64,000 bases of DNA from Vulcanimicrobiota bacterium (lineage in GTDB: Bacteria; Vulcanimicrobiota; Xenobia; Xenobiales; JADMJV01): NCBI GenBank assembly GCA_050250895.1, contig JBFWNU010000001.1:3616149-3680148 (forward strand). The letters are read 5' to 3'. Under the pieces are notes generated by a model that saw only the letters and a list, made by a program, of their open reading frames with translations, did no database searches and had not been told where the DNA came from. The stretch's first letter is position 1. Each line of letters begins with the position of its first letter. A program made the position numbers and the translations under genes. This document shows positions 46,724 to 55,484 of the stretch, in pieces.

Positions 46724-46856
46724 AGTCTAGCCGTCCCCAGGACGCTGCGCTTTATACCCTGGGTGACTCATGGGGACATCCGGGCTGAGGGGCATTTGAG
46801 GATGCCCCCTGGGGAGGCCGTGGGGTCTGGCCGCGGCGAGCTACCTTTCTTACCAT
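46724..46856. promoter_or_regulatory. Divergent pair of putative regulon promoters (distal GGAT half-sites conserved)
   Basis: Minus: TAGACT 46724-46729 with box 46763-46781 (gap 33). Plus: box 46800-46818 with TACCAT 46851-46856 (gap 32), ATG 46864 7 nt later. Confidence 0.5.
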
Positions 46857-46863
46857 GCCGGGT

Positions 46864-48951
46864 ATGAACGTCAATCCTGTGGAAACAACTCTTTCCAGCC
46901 TGCAGCCGGGCACAGACGACAAGTTCGAGGTACTCAAAGCCAACGACAGCTTCGTCATCCTCACCGACGGAGGAGACATTCGCCTGGCCCAGGCCCAGGG
47001 TTTGTTTCACCGCGGCTGCAGGTTTCTCGACCGGTATCGGGCCAGGCTGGCCGAGGCTGCCCCTCATCACCTGTGCCACCGTCTTCACGAAGATCGTCGC
47101 GCGCTCACCTGCCATCTTATCAACCGAGATCATCGCGATCTCAGCCGGGGCTCGCTGTACGCCAAACGCAACCTGAGATTGCAAGAAAACCACCTGGAAG
47201 ACCGTTGGGAGATCACCAACCTGACCCGGGGAGCCCTCGATAGCGTCTTGAATTTCGAGTTCTCGACCGACTTCGCCGATATCTTCGAGATCCGTCAAGT
47301 CGTGTCGCCACTCGACCGAACCATCCATCGCGAGGTTTCGGCCGAGGGCTGCACCTTCAGCTACCGCGGTCAGGATGGTAGGCTCAGGCGCTGCCGGCTC
47401 GAGTGCCGAGGGGGCAAATTTTCTGCTGACGGATTGACTGTGCCTCTGCACTTGGAGCCCGGAGAGTCCCTGGAGGTGGTAGTGCGCTGTACCTGTTGGC
47501 AGAGCCAGGGTCACAATCCGACCAACGGTCGGGCCTGGTTGCCAACCGTCGAGATCACCACTTCCAACGACAGTGTGAACCGCTGGCTTGAGGTCTCTGA
47601 ACTCGACTTGCGCATGCTCATCACTCACACTCGTTACGGCCCCTATCCCTATGCCGGCACGCCCTGGTTTGCCGATGCGTTCGGACGCGATGCCCTGGTG
47701 ACCGGGCTGCGCACCCTATGGTTATGGCCAGGTCTGAGCCGAGGAATTTTACGGTTTCTGGCTGCTCATCAGGCTCGAGACGAAGACCCGACCCGGGTCA
47801 GTCAGCCGGGCAAGATCTTGCATGAACTGCGCACTTCGGAGCGAGCCAACTGTGGGGATGTGCCTTACGGTTGCTATTATGGGGCCGTTGACTCTACCCC
47901 CCTGTTCGTGGTCCTGGCCGGAGCTTACCTCGAGCGAACGGGTGATGTCGAATTGTTGGAGGAGATTCGTCCCAACATTCTGGCTGCCGCCGATTGGATG
48001 GAGAACTGTGCCCGGCACGATGAGCACGGCTTTTTGACCTATCAAAGTCAACCCGATGGGCTGATCCATCAGGGGTGGAGAGATGCCGACGATGCCGTCT
48101 ATCATCGCAACGGCCAGCAAGCTACGGGGCGAATCGCACTGCTCGAGGTCCAGGCCTACCACTACGCCGCCCTGCGGGCCCTGAGTCAGATAGCTCGCAA
48201 ACTGGGTGACTTTGAACTCGAAGAGCGCAGCCGGCAGCGAGCGCAGAACGTTAGGCTTGTGTTCGAAGATGTCTTCTGGGATGAGGAACTGCAGTATTAC
48301 GTGATGGCCGTGGACGGAGAAGGCGCACCTTGCCGGATTCTCTCCTCGGCGCCGGGGCACGCTCTGTGGATGGGAATCGTCTCTGAGGAGCGGGCTGAAA
48401 AGGTCGCCAGTCAACTGGCTTCGAGCACGTTCTGGACCGGATGGGGCTTTCGCACCATCGGGCGCAATCAACCTCTCTACAGTCCGCTCAGCTATCACAA
48501 CGGCTCGGTCTGGCCTCATGACACCGTGCTTTGCGCCGAAGGATTGGCTCGCTACGGCTTTCGCAGACTGGTCAGGGCCACCTTTGCTGGCTTGCTCGAG
48601 GCCAGCGCTCATTTTCCGCGAGGACGTCTGCCGGAGCTTTTCTGCGGTTTCTCACGAAGCCAGACCGAGGGCAGCCCTATCCGCTATCCCAACGCCTGCT
48701 CTCCCCAGGCGTGGGCGGCCATTGCTCCTCTCTCGCTGCTCTCGTCGTGCCTGGGTTTACATGTCCAGGCCAACCCGGCCCGCCTCACCCTGACCCATCC
48801 GCAGTTGCCGGCGGGGCTGAAATCCGTCACGGTCGAGGACCTCCAGGTCGGCGAGGCCCTGGTTTCGTTCACGGTCCGCAGCCATGAAGAGGCGGTCTCT
48901 CTCAAAGTGAATCGCCAACAGGGGCACTGTGACGTAGACCTGCTGCTCTGA
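46864..48951 (+). CDS. Amylo-alpha-1,6-glucosidase / glycogen debranching enzyme family
   Basis: DFADIFEIR, AGTPWF..FGRD, PGKILHELR, YYGAVDSTPLF, YHNGSVWPHD, LPELFCG, CSPQAWA; alternative start 46855. Confidence 0.93.
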   Translation: MNVNPVETTLSSLQPGTDDKFEVLKANDSFVILTDGGDIRLAQAQGLFHRGCRFLDRYRARLAEAAPHHLCHRLHEDRRALTCHLINRDHRDLSRGSLYAKRNLRLQENHLEDRWEITNLTRGALDSVLNFEFSTDFADIFEIRQVVSPLDRTIHREVSAEGCTFSYRGQDGRLRRCRLECRGGKFSADGLTVPLHLEPGESLEVVVRCTCWQSQGHNPTNGRAWLPTVEITTSNDSVNRWLEVSELDLRMLITHTRYGPYPYAGTPWFADAFGRDALVTGLRTLWLWPGLSRGILRFLAAHQARDEDPTRVSQPGKILHELRTSERANCGDVPYGCYYGAVDSTPLFVVLAGAYLERTGDVELLEEIRPNILAAADWMENCARHDEHGFLTYQSQPDGLIHQGWRDADDAVYHRNGQQATGRIALLEVQAYHYAALRALSQIARKLGDFELEERSRQRAQNVRLVFEDVFWDEELQYYVMAVDGEGAPCRILSSAPGHALWMGIVSEERAEKVASQLASSTFWTGWGFRTIGRNQPLYSPLSYHNGSVWPHDTVLCAEGLARYGFRRLVRATFAGLLEASAHFPRGRLPELFCGFSRSQTEGSPIRYPNACSPQAWAAIAPLSLLSSCLGLHVQANPARLTLTHPQLPAGLKSVTVEDLQVGEALVSFTVRSHEEAVSLKVNRQQGHCDVDLLL

Positions 48952-48965
48952 GGTTCCGTCCCCCG

Positions 48966-49022
48966 GTATACCCCGCCTCTAACCCCCCGAAGGGCGGCGG
49001 TTTCGAGCCGGTGGTCTAGACT
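48966..49022 (+). promoter_or_regulatory. Putative regulon promoter (degenerate GTAT-N11-AACC + TAGACT -10)
   Basis: Box 48966-48984, -10 49017-49022, gap 32 bp. Confidence 0.5.
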
Positions 49023-49061
49023 CCGAAAGGGGTCCACTTTAGAACTGATCTAGGAGAATCG

Positions 49062-50069
49062 ATGAGAGTCAACATCACTATTCCTACCTACAATCGCGAG
49101 CGCTATCTGGGCCGTGCCATCGAAGGGGCACTGGCGCAGAGTTATCACGATTTCACCGTCACCGTCGTGGATGACGGGTCGGGCGACGGCACCAGCCGCC
49201 TGGCGGCTCGGTACGCCAGCGAGAGGAACTTTTGCTATATCAAACTGGGTCGAAACGTGGGTACCGCTCAAGCCAAGAATGTGGGGCTAGCTCTATCGAA
49301 TTACGACGCCATTACCTTTCACGACTCGGACGATATTCCCGACCGCCACAAGCTGTTGATCCAGAGCCGGGCGCTCGAGATGACGGGACAGGTGGCCGAC
49401 CCCATCCTCGACTGGGAATCCATCGGGGTCGTCCCAGGCAGCCAGCTGACCGTGGAAGTCGCCTTTACCGCTCACCGTTTGATCAAGGGAGACGGCTCGA
49501 GCTACACGATCAACAAACGGGTTTCGCTGGTCGACGATTTTCTTCCCAACACCCAGTTCCCGTCCCAGACGCCTGGCGACTGGATCCTGGTCAACTCGGC
49601 CCTGTTTAGAAAGAGTGTCTTTCAGCGACTGGGCGGATACCTTGACTCGATCGAGGAGGACCGCGAGATTCGCAATCGGGTGCTGGCAAGTGGCTGCATC
49701 ACCTTCTTCGTCGATGAGCCCCTGGTCGACAAAATCGAGATGGCCGATTCGCTGACCGTGGCCGACGATACGAACTATGTCGCCAATCGTCGCTGTGACG
49801 ACCGCAAGGTGGTGTGGCAACGAGCCCGCCTCTACCGTGAACTGTTATTGGCCGAGGACAAAGCCGCTTTTGACTGGGAGCGGGTGGTGGTTCCCATCGA
49901 TCTCTCGGGAGTCATCATCGAAGAAGTCAGTCGGCCCGAACTTCTGCGCCTCAACACCGACATCCCTGGCGTGTCTCGCCAGCTAGCCTGGCCTGCCTAC
50001 GGAGGCAACGGGCACAATGGCAAGACCAACGGCAAGACGCGCCGGCGGGCGGTGGTGAGCCTGCCATGA
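49062..50069 (+). CDS. Glycosyltransferase family 2
   Basis: IPTYNR, VVDDGS.DGT, N.G...AKN.G, FHDSDD, EED. Confidence 0.9.
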   Translation: MRVNITIPTYNRERYLGRAIEGALAQSYHDFTVTVVDDGSGDGTSRLAARYASERNFCYIKLGRNVGTAQAKNVGLALSNYDAITFHDSDDIPDRHKLLIQSRALEMTGQVADPILDWESIGVVPGSQLTVEVAFTAHRLIKGDGSSYTINKRVSLVDDFLPNTQFPSQTPGDWILVNSALFRKSVFQRLGGYLDSIEEDREIRNRVLASGCITFFVDEPLVDKIEMADSLTVADDTNYVANRRCDDRKVVWQRARLYRELLLAEDKAAFDWERVVVPIDLSGVIIEEVSRPELLRLNTDIPGVSRQLAWPAYGGNGHNGKTNGKTRRRAVVSLP

Positions 50070-51094
50070 GAATCCTCTTCATCGACTCGGTCTGTGCCGG
50101 CCCCTACCAGGCGTGCTCACTCGAGCAGACAGGGTTGGGGGGCACAGAAGCCACCGTGATTCGGATTAGCGAGGGTCTGGCCCGGCGGGGGCATACCGTT
50201 ACCGTGGCCCAGAACGGTCGCCAACAACTCGATGTCAGCTCTGGGGGGGTCCGCTATGTGCCTTATCGCTACAAAGCTCAACCGCTGGGGTCGACTCCTC
50301 AGGTGGTGGTGAATGTGCGCTCGCACAAGATCATGCCGTGGCTGCGACGGGCATTCCCTACGTCCAGGCTGTGTTTGTGGTTGCACTGCTTTCCTGGAAC
50401 GCGGCGTCGGCGCTTGCTCGAGATGGCCCAGCGGTACAATTTCGGCATCGTGACCGTTAGCCGTCATCACCGCCGGTGGGTCCTTGACCACGAACGTACG
50501 CCTGACAAGGCAAAGCTCTCGCATCTGATCAAGGCCATCTACAATCCGGTGCCTGATTACGTGCGCGCCATTCGACGCCCGGTCCGGCGCGACAAGCTGG
50601 TCTTCTTCAGTTCCCCGCACAAGGGACTCGCTCAGGTGCTCTCGACCTTCGCCCATCTTCACCGACGGTGGCCCGAGTTGCGGCTCTATGTGGCCAACCC
50701 GGGCTACCTGCTGGACGCGCCGGCGGCGGGCGGTCAAGAGGTCATCGCTCTCGGCCCCCTTACCCATCATCAGGTGCTCGAGCAGGTCGCCGAAGCCTTC
50801 TGTGTGCTCTACACCCAGTCGAAGTTTGCCGAGACGTTCGGGCTGGTGCTGGCCGAGGCCAACGCCTTGGGAACTCCGGTATTGTGCCACCCTCTGGGAG
50901 CTGCACCCGAGATACTTCATCAGCCTGATGCGCAACTGGTAAATGCCGATGACCCGGCGGCTGTGGAGGCGCGGTTGGCCCTATGGCGCACCCGAGGTCG
51001 GCCGCGGGTGGCCGGCGATCGACGCTTTTGCCTGGAGCGGATCCTCGACCGTTGGGAGGAAGTGTTGATGCGTCAGTATCTGGAGGCCGCCTAG
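50066..51094 (+). CDS. Glycosyltransferase family 4 (GT-B)
   Basis: LGGTEAT, LARRGH.V, SSPHKGL, ETFGLVLAEANALGTPV. Confidence 0.9.
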   Translation: MRILFIDSVCAGPYQACSLEQTGLGGTEATVIRISEGLARRGHTVTVAQNGRQQLDVSSGGVRYVPYRYKAQPLGSTPQVVVNVRSHKIMPWLRRAFPTSRLCLWLHCFPGTRRRRLLEMAQRYNFGIVTVSRHHRRWVLDHERTPDKAKLSHLIKAIYNPVPDYVRAIRRPVRRDKLVFFSSPHKGLAQVLSTFAHLHRRWPELRLYVANPGYLLDAPAAGGQEVIALGPLTHHQVLEQVAEAFCVLYTQSKFAETFGLVLAEANALGTPVLCHPLGAAPEILHQPDAQLVNADDPAAVEARLALWRTRGRPRVAGDRRFCLERILDRWEEVLMRQYLEAA

Positions 51095-52089
51095 ATCTGG
51101 CTCCATTCCCACCCATGGCAGACGACCAGCCCCAACAGGCACCGCCGGTGCATGGCTAACTCGGTAAGGCGTTCGTCATACTCGGCCTGGGACACCGTCT
51201 CGAAGCCCAGGTCTCGCAGCCGGCTCAGGTCTCGGGACGAGGGGGGCTGCTTCGAAGGCTCCATGTGGGCTTCTTCGAGGGTGTCGAGATAGCGAGAGAT
51301 CGATTGTCGCAGCGGTTTGATGGGCAGTCTCGAGACATCCTCGGCCAGACCGAACTGGAGCAGGCTCAAGCCCTCGTCAAGCGTGGCCATCCGTAGGGCT
51401 AACGAGAGGTCGGGATTGGAGCCGTGGAAGAAGTGAAGGACCGGATAGGCCCGGTGCTTCTCGCTGAGCATCAGCACCTGGCGATGCAATTCACGCAGGT
51501 GGCCCTTTAATAGAAGGCCGTCGCGATAAGCCTCGACCAACTCCTCGGGCGTAGTGCCCAAGCTGCTGACATACGAGGCCGTTTGCCTTTTCTGGATGGC
51601 CGCCGAATATACCGGTAGCAGATAGGCTACCGAGAGGGTCATTAGAAAGTAGCCGCTGCCGCCGGCAGCCACGGTCAGAAGTTCCCAGGGAAAGCCATTA
51701 GGGCGAAAGTCGCCCAGACCCAGGGTAAGGATCGTGTTTCCTACGAAGTAGAGACGATCGAGCGGAGTGGCGGGATGATGCGCAAAAGTGTCGACCACGG
51801 CGTGAGAATCGCTGCAGAAGACCAGCGTCCACCCCACCCACACCAGTCCGTTCCACACCAGTAGCAGCCAGGCCAAGAGGAACGGAGAGAAACGAGAAAT
51901 GGCCTCGTGCGAAGTCCAGCCTCGTCGGCGGCCGGCCAGTAACACCTTCCAGGCCCCGTCCGAGAATAGGCGCGTCAGCGGGCCGCCCCCATCGAGGTGG
52001 AGGGTCGTGTGGAGGACATCCCAGAACGCCAAAGCCAGCAGAGGTAAGCCCAGGAGCGTGAACCACCAGCCGAACAATGAAGCATCCAT
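51091..52089 (-). CDS. Potassium channel family (Ion_trans_2) protein
   Basis: LYFVG.TILTLGLGDF.P pore loop, YPVLHFFH; TAGAAT -10 7 nt before the ATG and an ATCC half-box 32 bp further upstream. Confidence 0.85.
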   Translation of the reverse strand: MDASLFGWWFTLLGLPLLALAFWDVLHTTLHLDGGGPLTRLFSDGAWKVLLAGRRRGWTSHEAISRFSPFLLAWLLLVWNGLVWVGWTLVFCSDSHAVVDTFAHHPATPLDRLYFVGNTILTLGLGDFRPNGFPWELLTVAAGGSGYFLMTLSVAYLLPVYSAAIQKRQTASYVSSLGTTPEELVEAYRDGLLLKGHLRELHRQVLMLSEKHRAYPVLHFFHGSNPDLSLALRMATLDEGLSLLQFGLAEDVSRLPIKPLRQSISRYLDTLEEAHMEPSKQPPSSRDLSRLRDLGFETVSQAEYDERLTELAMHRRCLLGLVVCHGWEWSQI

Positions 52090-52172
52090 CGCCTTGATTC
52101 TAGTCGGGCGAAGGTTCGTCCAATACCTACGGTTGGATGGGGGGAGGGGCCCCCTAAGGCAGGGGAACCGGC

Positions 52173-52742
52173 TTAAAGTTGCTCGATGGTCTTACCGCTC
52201 TTGACCGATTCTGGCTGGGTGCTGACGGGGTTGCGGCGGGCGTCGGCATACTCGTCGTCGACCTTGATCAGCAGCCAGTCCTGACGTGCTTTCATCCGGA
52301 TCAGCGCATAGCCTCCCCGCAGTTTCTCCCCCTCGAGAAAAACTTTGACGTGGCCGTTCTCGACCGCGTCCTCCACCTCGACCTCCCGCTCGTCATCGTC
52401 GATGGTGAGGTTACGGTAGGTGCCCGTATCCCATACGATCACGCGCCCGGCGCCGTAGTGACCGGCTGGAATCGTCCCTTCAAAGTCGGCATAGTCGAGG
52501 GGGTGATCCTCGGTCAGCACGGCCAGCCGCTTGTCTTTCGGGTCGGTCGAGGGGCCTTTGGGGACCGCCCACGACTTCAAGACCCCGCCCGCTTCCAGGC
52601 GGAAGTCGTAGTGCAGACTGCTGGCGTCATGTTTTTGGACCACAAAGCAAGGCTTCTCCGCGCCGTCCCTCGAGCCCTCAGCCGAGGGTTCGCCGCTGGC
52701 CGCCAGGTCTCTCTTGCTCTCGTATTGATCGAGTTTGCGCAT
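52173..52742 (-). CDS. Stand-alone LigD 3'-phosphoesterase domain protein
   Basis: FVVQKHDAS.LHYDFRLE..GVLKSWAVPKGPS.DP..KRLAV.TEDHPLDY..FEG.IP.G.YGAG.V.VWD.G. Confidence 0.95.
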   Translation of the reverse strand: MRKLDQYESKRDLAASGEPSAEGSRDGAEKPCFVVQKHDASSLHYDFRLEAGGVLKSWAVPKGPSTDPKDKRLAVLTEDHPLDYADFEGTIPAGHYGAGRVIVWDTGTYRNLTIDDDEREVEVEDAVENGHVKVFLEGEKLRGGYALIRMKARQDWLLIKVDDEYADARRNPVSTQPESVKSGKTIEQL

Positions 52743-53029
52743 GCAACCAGCCTAGCGCTTGCCGCCCAGGCGCGACACCTCCGAAGGCATCTCGCGGGTG
52801 CCCCCCAGGAGGGGTCACCACAACAGTGTTCGAGAGGGTTCGCCGCCGCCGCTCAAGGGCAGTCGCAGCAAAGGTAGTGCAGCCCTCCGGGGGGGCTGAC
52901 AGAAAACGCGGTGCCTCCGCAGAGAACCACCGGGGTGGTCTCGGCCGGGGTTAGGCTGGCGGCGGCGCCGTCTGGAGGTGTGGCCGCCGACTCTGTCGGG
53001 TCAGATAGACGTCGAAGCTGCCTCAGCGG

Positions 53030-54073
53030 TCAGCCGAGCCGGGCCGATTCCAACTCGCGATAGAGTTCCTCAAGGCCGTAGTCGAGGCAGAGCTGCTGGA
53101 AATGGGGGGCAGGATCAGCGGTGGATTCCTGCCAGGCTTGACCTGGATTCTTTGCATCGAACGCGACCAGGGCCTGCATCTTCTGGACCTGTTCGTTGGT
53201 GGGACTTTTCTCAAAGAGTTCTGCCAGCTCGCGCCAGGCCACCGAAGGTAGCTGCTCCTGGTGGATCAAAAGCCATGAGCCTTCCAGGGCTGCCTCCATT
53301 AGAATTCGCAGCACTCTGGCGGCGTAGTCGTTCCTGGCTGGGTAGGGCACGCCGTCGGGGACCTCAAGTTCAGCGAGTCGCAAGAATCCGAATACCATTT
53401 GGAGTCCAGGCTCCCGCTCGTGGGAGGCTAGAATTCGCGCTGGGTGACGATAGAGAAAGACCCGAGGGGTGGTGGGAAAAGCCTGCTCGTAGACCTGCCG
53501 GTGGAGAACATGCCAGCTATCGAGCTTGAGCAAGCCGCGACTCTCTCCAAGCATTGCCCGAACGAGGCTGGCCAGCTGATCGGGATGGCAGGGGCCACCC
53601 TGGACGGGCCTCAGCAGTTCGTCCAGGACAGGAGGCTCGGAGAGCACCACGCTTCCGGAGGCGCGCAATAGGGAACTCAAAAGAGTGGAACCGCAACGGG
53701 AAAGATGGAAAATCAGGCCACCCGGGGGCAATCCTTCACCTGGTGCTAGCCGGGTCAGACGACGGAAAATTCGGTTGATGGGACGCCTCATCTCGCGCCT
53801 CAGGTCGTCTTCATAGAAGGGCGCGTCGAGGGGGTCGCGATGCTGAATCCACTCGATCACGGGGCTCGCGTCAGGCCAGTGAGCTTTGGCCGCCATCCAG
53901 CCCTGCATCTGTGTTGGCCGAGGCTCTATTGTCTGGTGGGGGATACCAGAGCCCGGGTCAGCCCAGGCCAGACCCAGTTCTCCAAGTCGTTGAAGCAGCT
54001 TCGGCTCATCCTCAATAGCCACCAACTCCTTCCAGAGCGATGGCCTGGCCACTAAAGTGCTGCTCAGGTCCAT
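53030..54073 (-). CDS. Sulfotransferase-like P-loop protein
   Basis: IFHLSRCGSTLL (PAPS-binding loop-like), LSEPP, KLDSWH, FLYRHP..ILASH. Confidence 0.75.
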   Translation of the reverse strand: MDLSSTLVARPSLWKELVAIEDEPKLLQRLGELGLAWADPGSGIPHQTIEPRPTQMQGWMAAKAHWPDASPVIEWIQHRDPLDAPFYEDDLRREMRRPINRIFRRLTRLAPGEGLPPGGLIFHLSRCGSTLLSSLLRASGSVVLSEPPVLDELLRPVQGGPCHPDQLASLVRAMLGESRGLLKLDSWHVLHRQVYEQAFPTTPRVFLYRHPARILASHEREPGLQMVFGFLRLAELEVPDGVPYPARNDYAARVLRILMEAALEGSWLLIHQEQLPSVAWRELAELFEKSPTNEQVQKMQALVAFDAKNPGQAWQESTADPAPHFQQLCLDYGLEELYRELESARLG

Positions 54074-54208
54074 TGGGCGCTCAGCCTCGTAGGTGACTGG
54101 GGATGGTTTCGAGACTCTTCGAGACGATCATTCGCCCGCCCGCCAAAGGGGGCAGCGGATAGCGCCCGGACTCCAACGATGGGTGCGAGTGTTGCTTGAC
54201 CCACCCGG

Positions 54209-55381
54209 CTAACCTCGAGGCAGGCTGAAGCCGCCGATTTCGACCTCGTCGTCGTGGATGACCAGGCTGGGCAGGGGGGCGGCGGTCTCGCCCTCGGCGA
54301 TGGCTTGCTCCATGGCCAGGTGCAGGTTCGAGGTGTCGATGGTGAAGATGCGATAGGGCTCATAGCCCTGGTCGACCCGCACCGTGGTCGGGCCGAGGTT
54401 GCGGCAACTGGTGGCCAGGGTGATGGTGCTGCCGTCGTGGCTCAGTACGGGGTGGGTCGATTCGCCATAGTCAAACCCGCCCCGGCGGTCGGCCGTGACC
54501 AGGCGCACTTCGTCGCTGTCGAGTCGACGTTCGAGGACCATCCGACCCTCTTCGGCCTGGTAGGCGACGGTGCTACCGTCGCCCGAGAGAGTGAAGCCAC
54601 CCACCCGGTCGAGGGGTCGGCCTTGCCAGTCGAGGCTCACCGCCCGGGTGTGATTAACCGAGGCGACCTGCAGCCCCTGGCGGCCGAGATAGGCCAGGGT
54701 CTGGCCGTCGGCCGACAGCTGGGGAGCCCAGCCGGGTTCGACCTGACGGGTCTGGCTGGTGCGGTCGAGGCGCACGACCTGCTCGTCTTCAGACCAGACC
54801 ACCACGCCCGCGTCGTTAGACAGGTCGGGGCTGCTCGCTTGGGTGCCCGCCAATTGCTCGAGCTGGCCGCTTTCAAGGTCGCGTAGGACCAGTCCCAGGC
54901 CCGCCGAGGTGAAAGCCACGTGCTGACCGTCCCCCGACAGGACCGGCTGGCTGCAATAGCCTTCGAGCTGTTGGCCCTGGCTGTCGAGGCTGGCCCGCTG
55001 CAAAGACTTTTGCTCGCGGTCATAGACGAAGATGTCGCGAGCGCCGTTGGTGTCGTCGGGCACCAGATTGCTGGCGTGCGAGGCGAAGGCCACGTAGCGG
55101 CCGTCGGCCGAGATCGAAGGCGCCTCGGAGCCGCCGTTGGCGGGCGAGCCGTCGGGGGCACGACTGAGCAGCTCGGTCTGACCGCTGATCCGGTCGGTCA
55201 GATAGATGTCGAAGGTGCCAGCGGTGGCTCCGGGGTGGTGCCCCATCCAGGCCACGAAACGGCCGGTGGCCGAGATATCGGGGTCGCGGGCAAAGCCAAT
55301 ATCGACCTTCCCGCTGGTGTGTTCGACCCGGCGGGTGGAGGCCTGGCTGGTCAGGGCGCGGACGACCACATCGCTCCTCAT
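54209..55381 (-). CDS. TolB/PD40-like beta-propeller repeat protein
   Basis: Repeats PSISADGRYVAF.S.ASNLV..DTNG..DIFV.D, LSGDGQ, LSADGQ, LSHDGS; start uncertain (55381 or slightly upstream). Confidence 0.85.
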   Translation of the reverse strand: MRSDVVVRALTSQASTRRVEHTSGKVDIGFARDPDISATGRFVAWMGHHPGATAGTFDIYLTDRISGQTELLSRAPDGSPANGGSEAPSISADGRYVAFASHASNLVPDDTNGARDIFVYDREQKSLQRASLDSQGQQLEGYCSQPVLSGDGQHVAFTSAGLGLVLRDLESGQLEQLAGTQASSPDLSNDAGVVVWSEDEQVVRLDRTSQTRQVEPGWAPQLSADGQTLAYLGRQGLQVASVNHTRAVSLDWQGRPLDRVGGFTLSGDGSTVAYQAEEGRMVLERRLDSDEVRLVTADRRGGFDYGESTHPVLSHDGSTITLATSCRNLGPTTVRVDQGYEPYRIFTIDTSNLHLAMEQAIAEGETAAPLPSLVIHDDEVEIGGFSLPRG

Positions 55382-55432
55382 GGAAGGCATGATGACGCTA
55401 AGACGGCTCGACGGTGTTAGCGCCCTGTGAAC

Positions 55433-55460
55433 AAATGAAAAGGCCCCAGGAAGGGGCCTT
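55433..55460 (-). terminator. Rho-independent terminator
   Basis: AAGGCCCC-loop-GGGGCCTT then TTCATTT on the minus strand, just after the 55485 stop. Confidence 0.7.
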
Positions 55461-55484
55461 CGCTGGAACCGGGGTTCGGTTCGC

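Noticed and set aside
16551-48972. SigB/SigF-type promoters from scattered GGGTAT/GGGTAA hexamers
   Set aside because: No consistent GTTT -35 element at the proper spacing; several of these hexamers are better explained as halves of the GGAT-N11-ATCC box
52173-52742. Complete NHEJ (Ku-LigD) locus
   Set aside because: Only the phosphoesterase domain is present; no Ku, ligase or polymerase domain in the window
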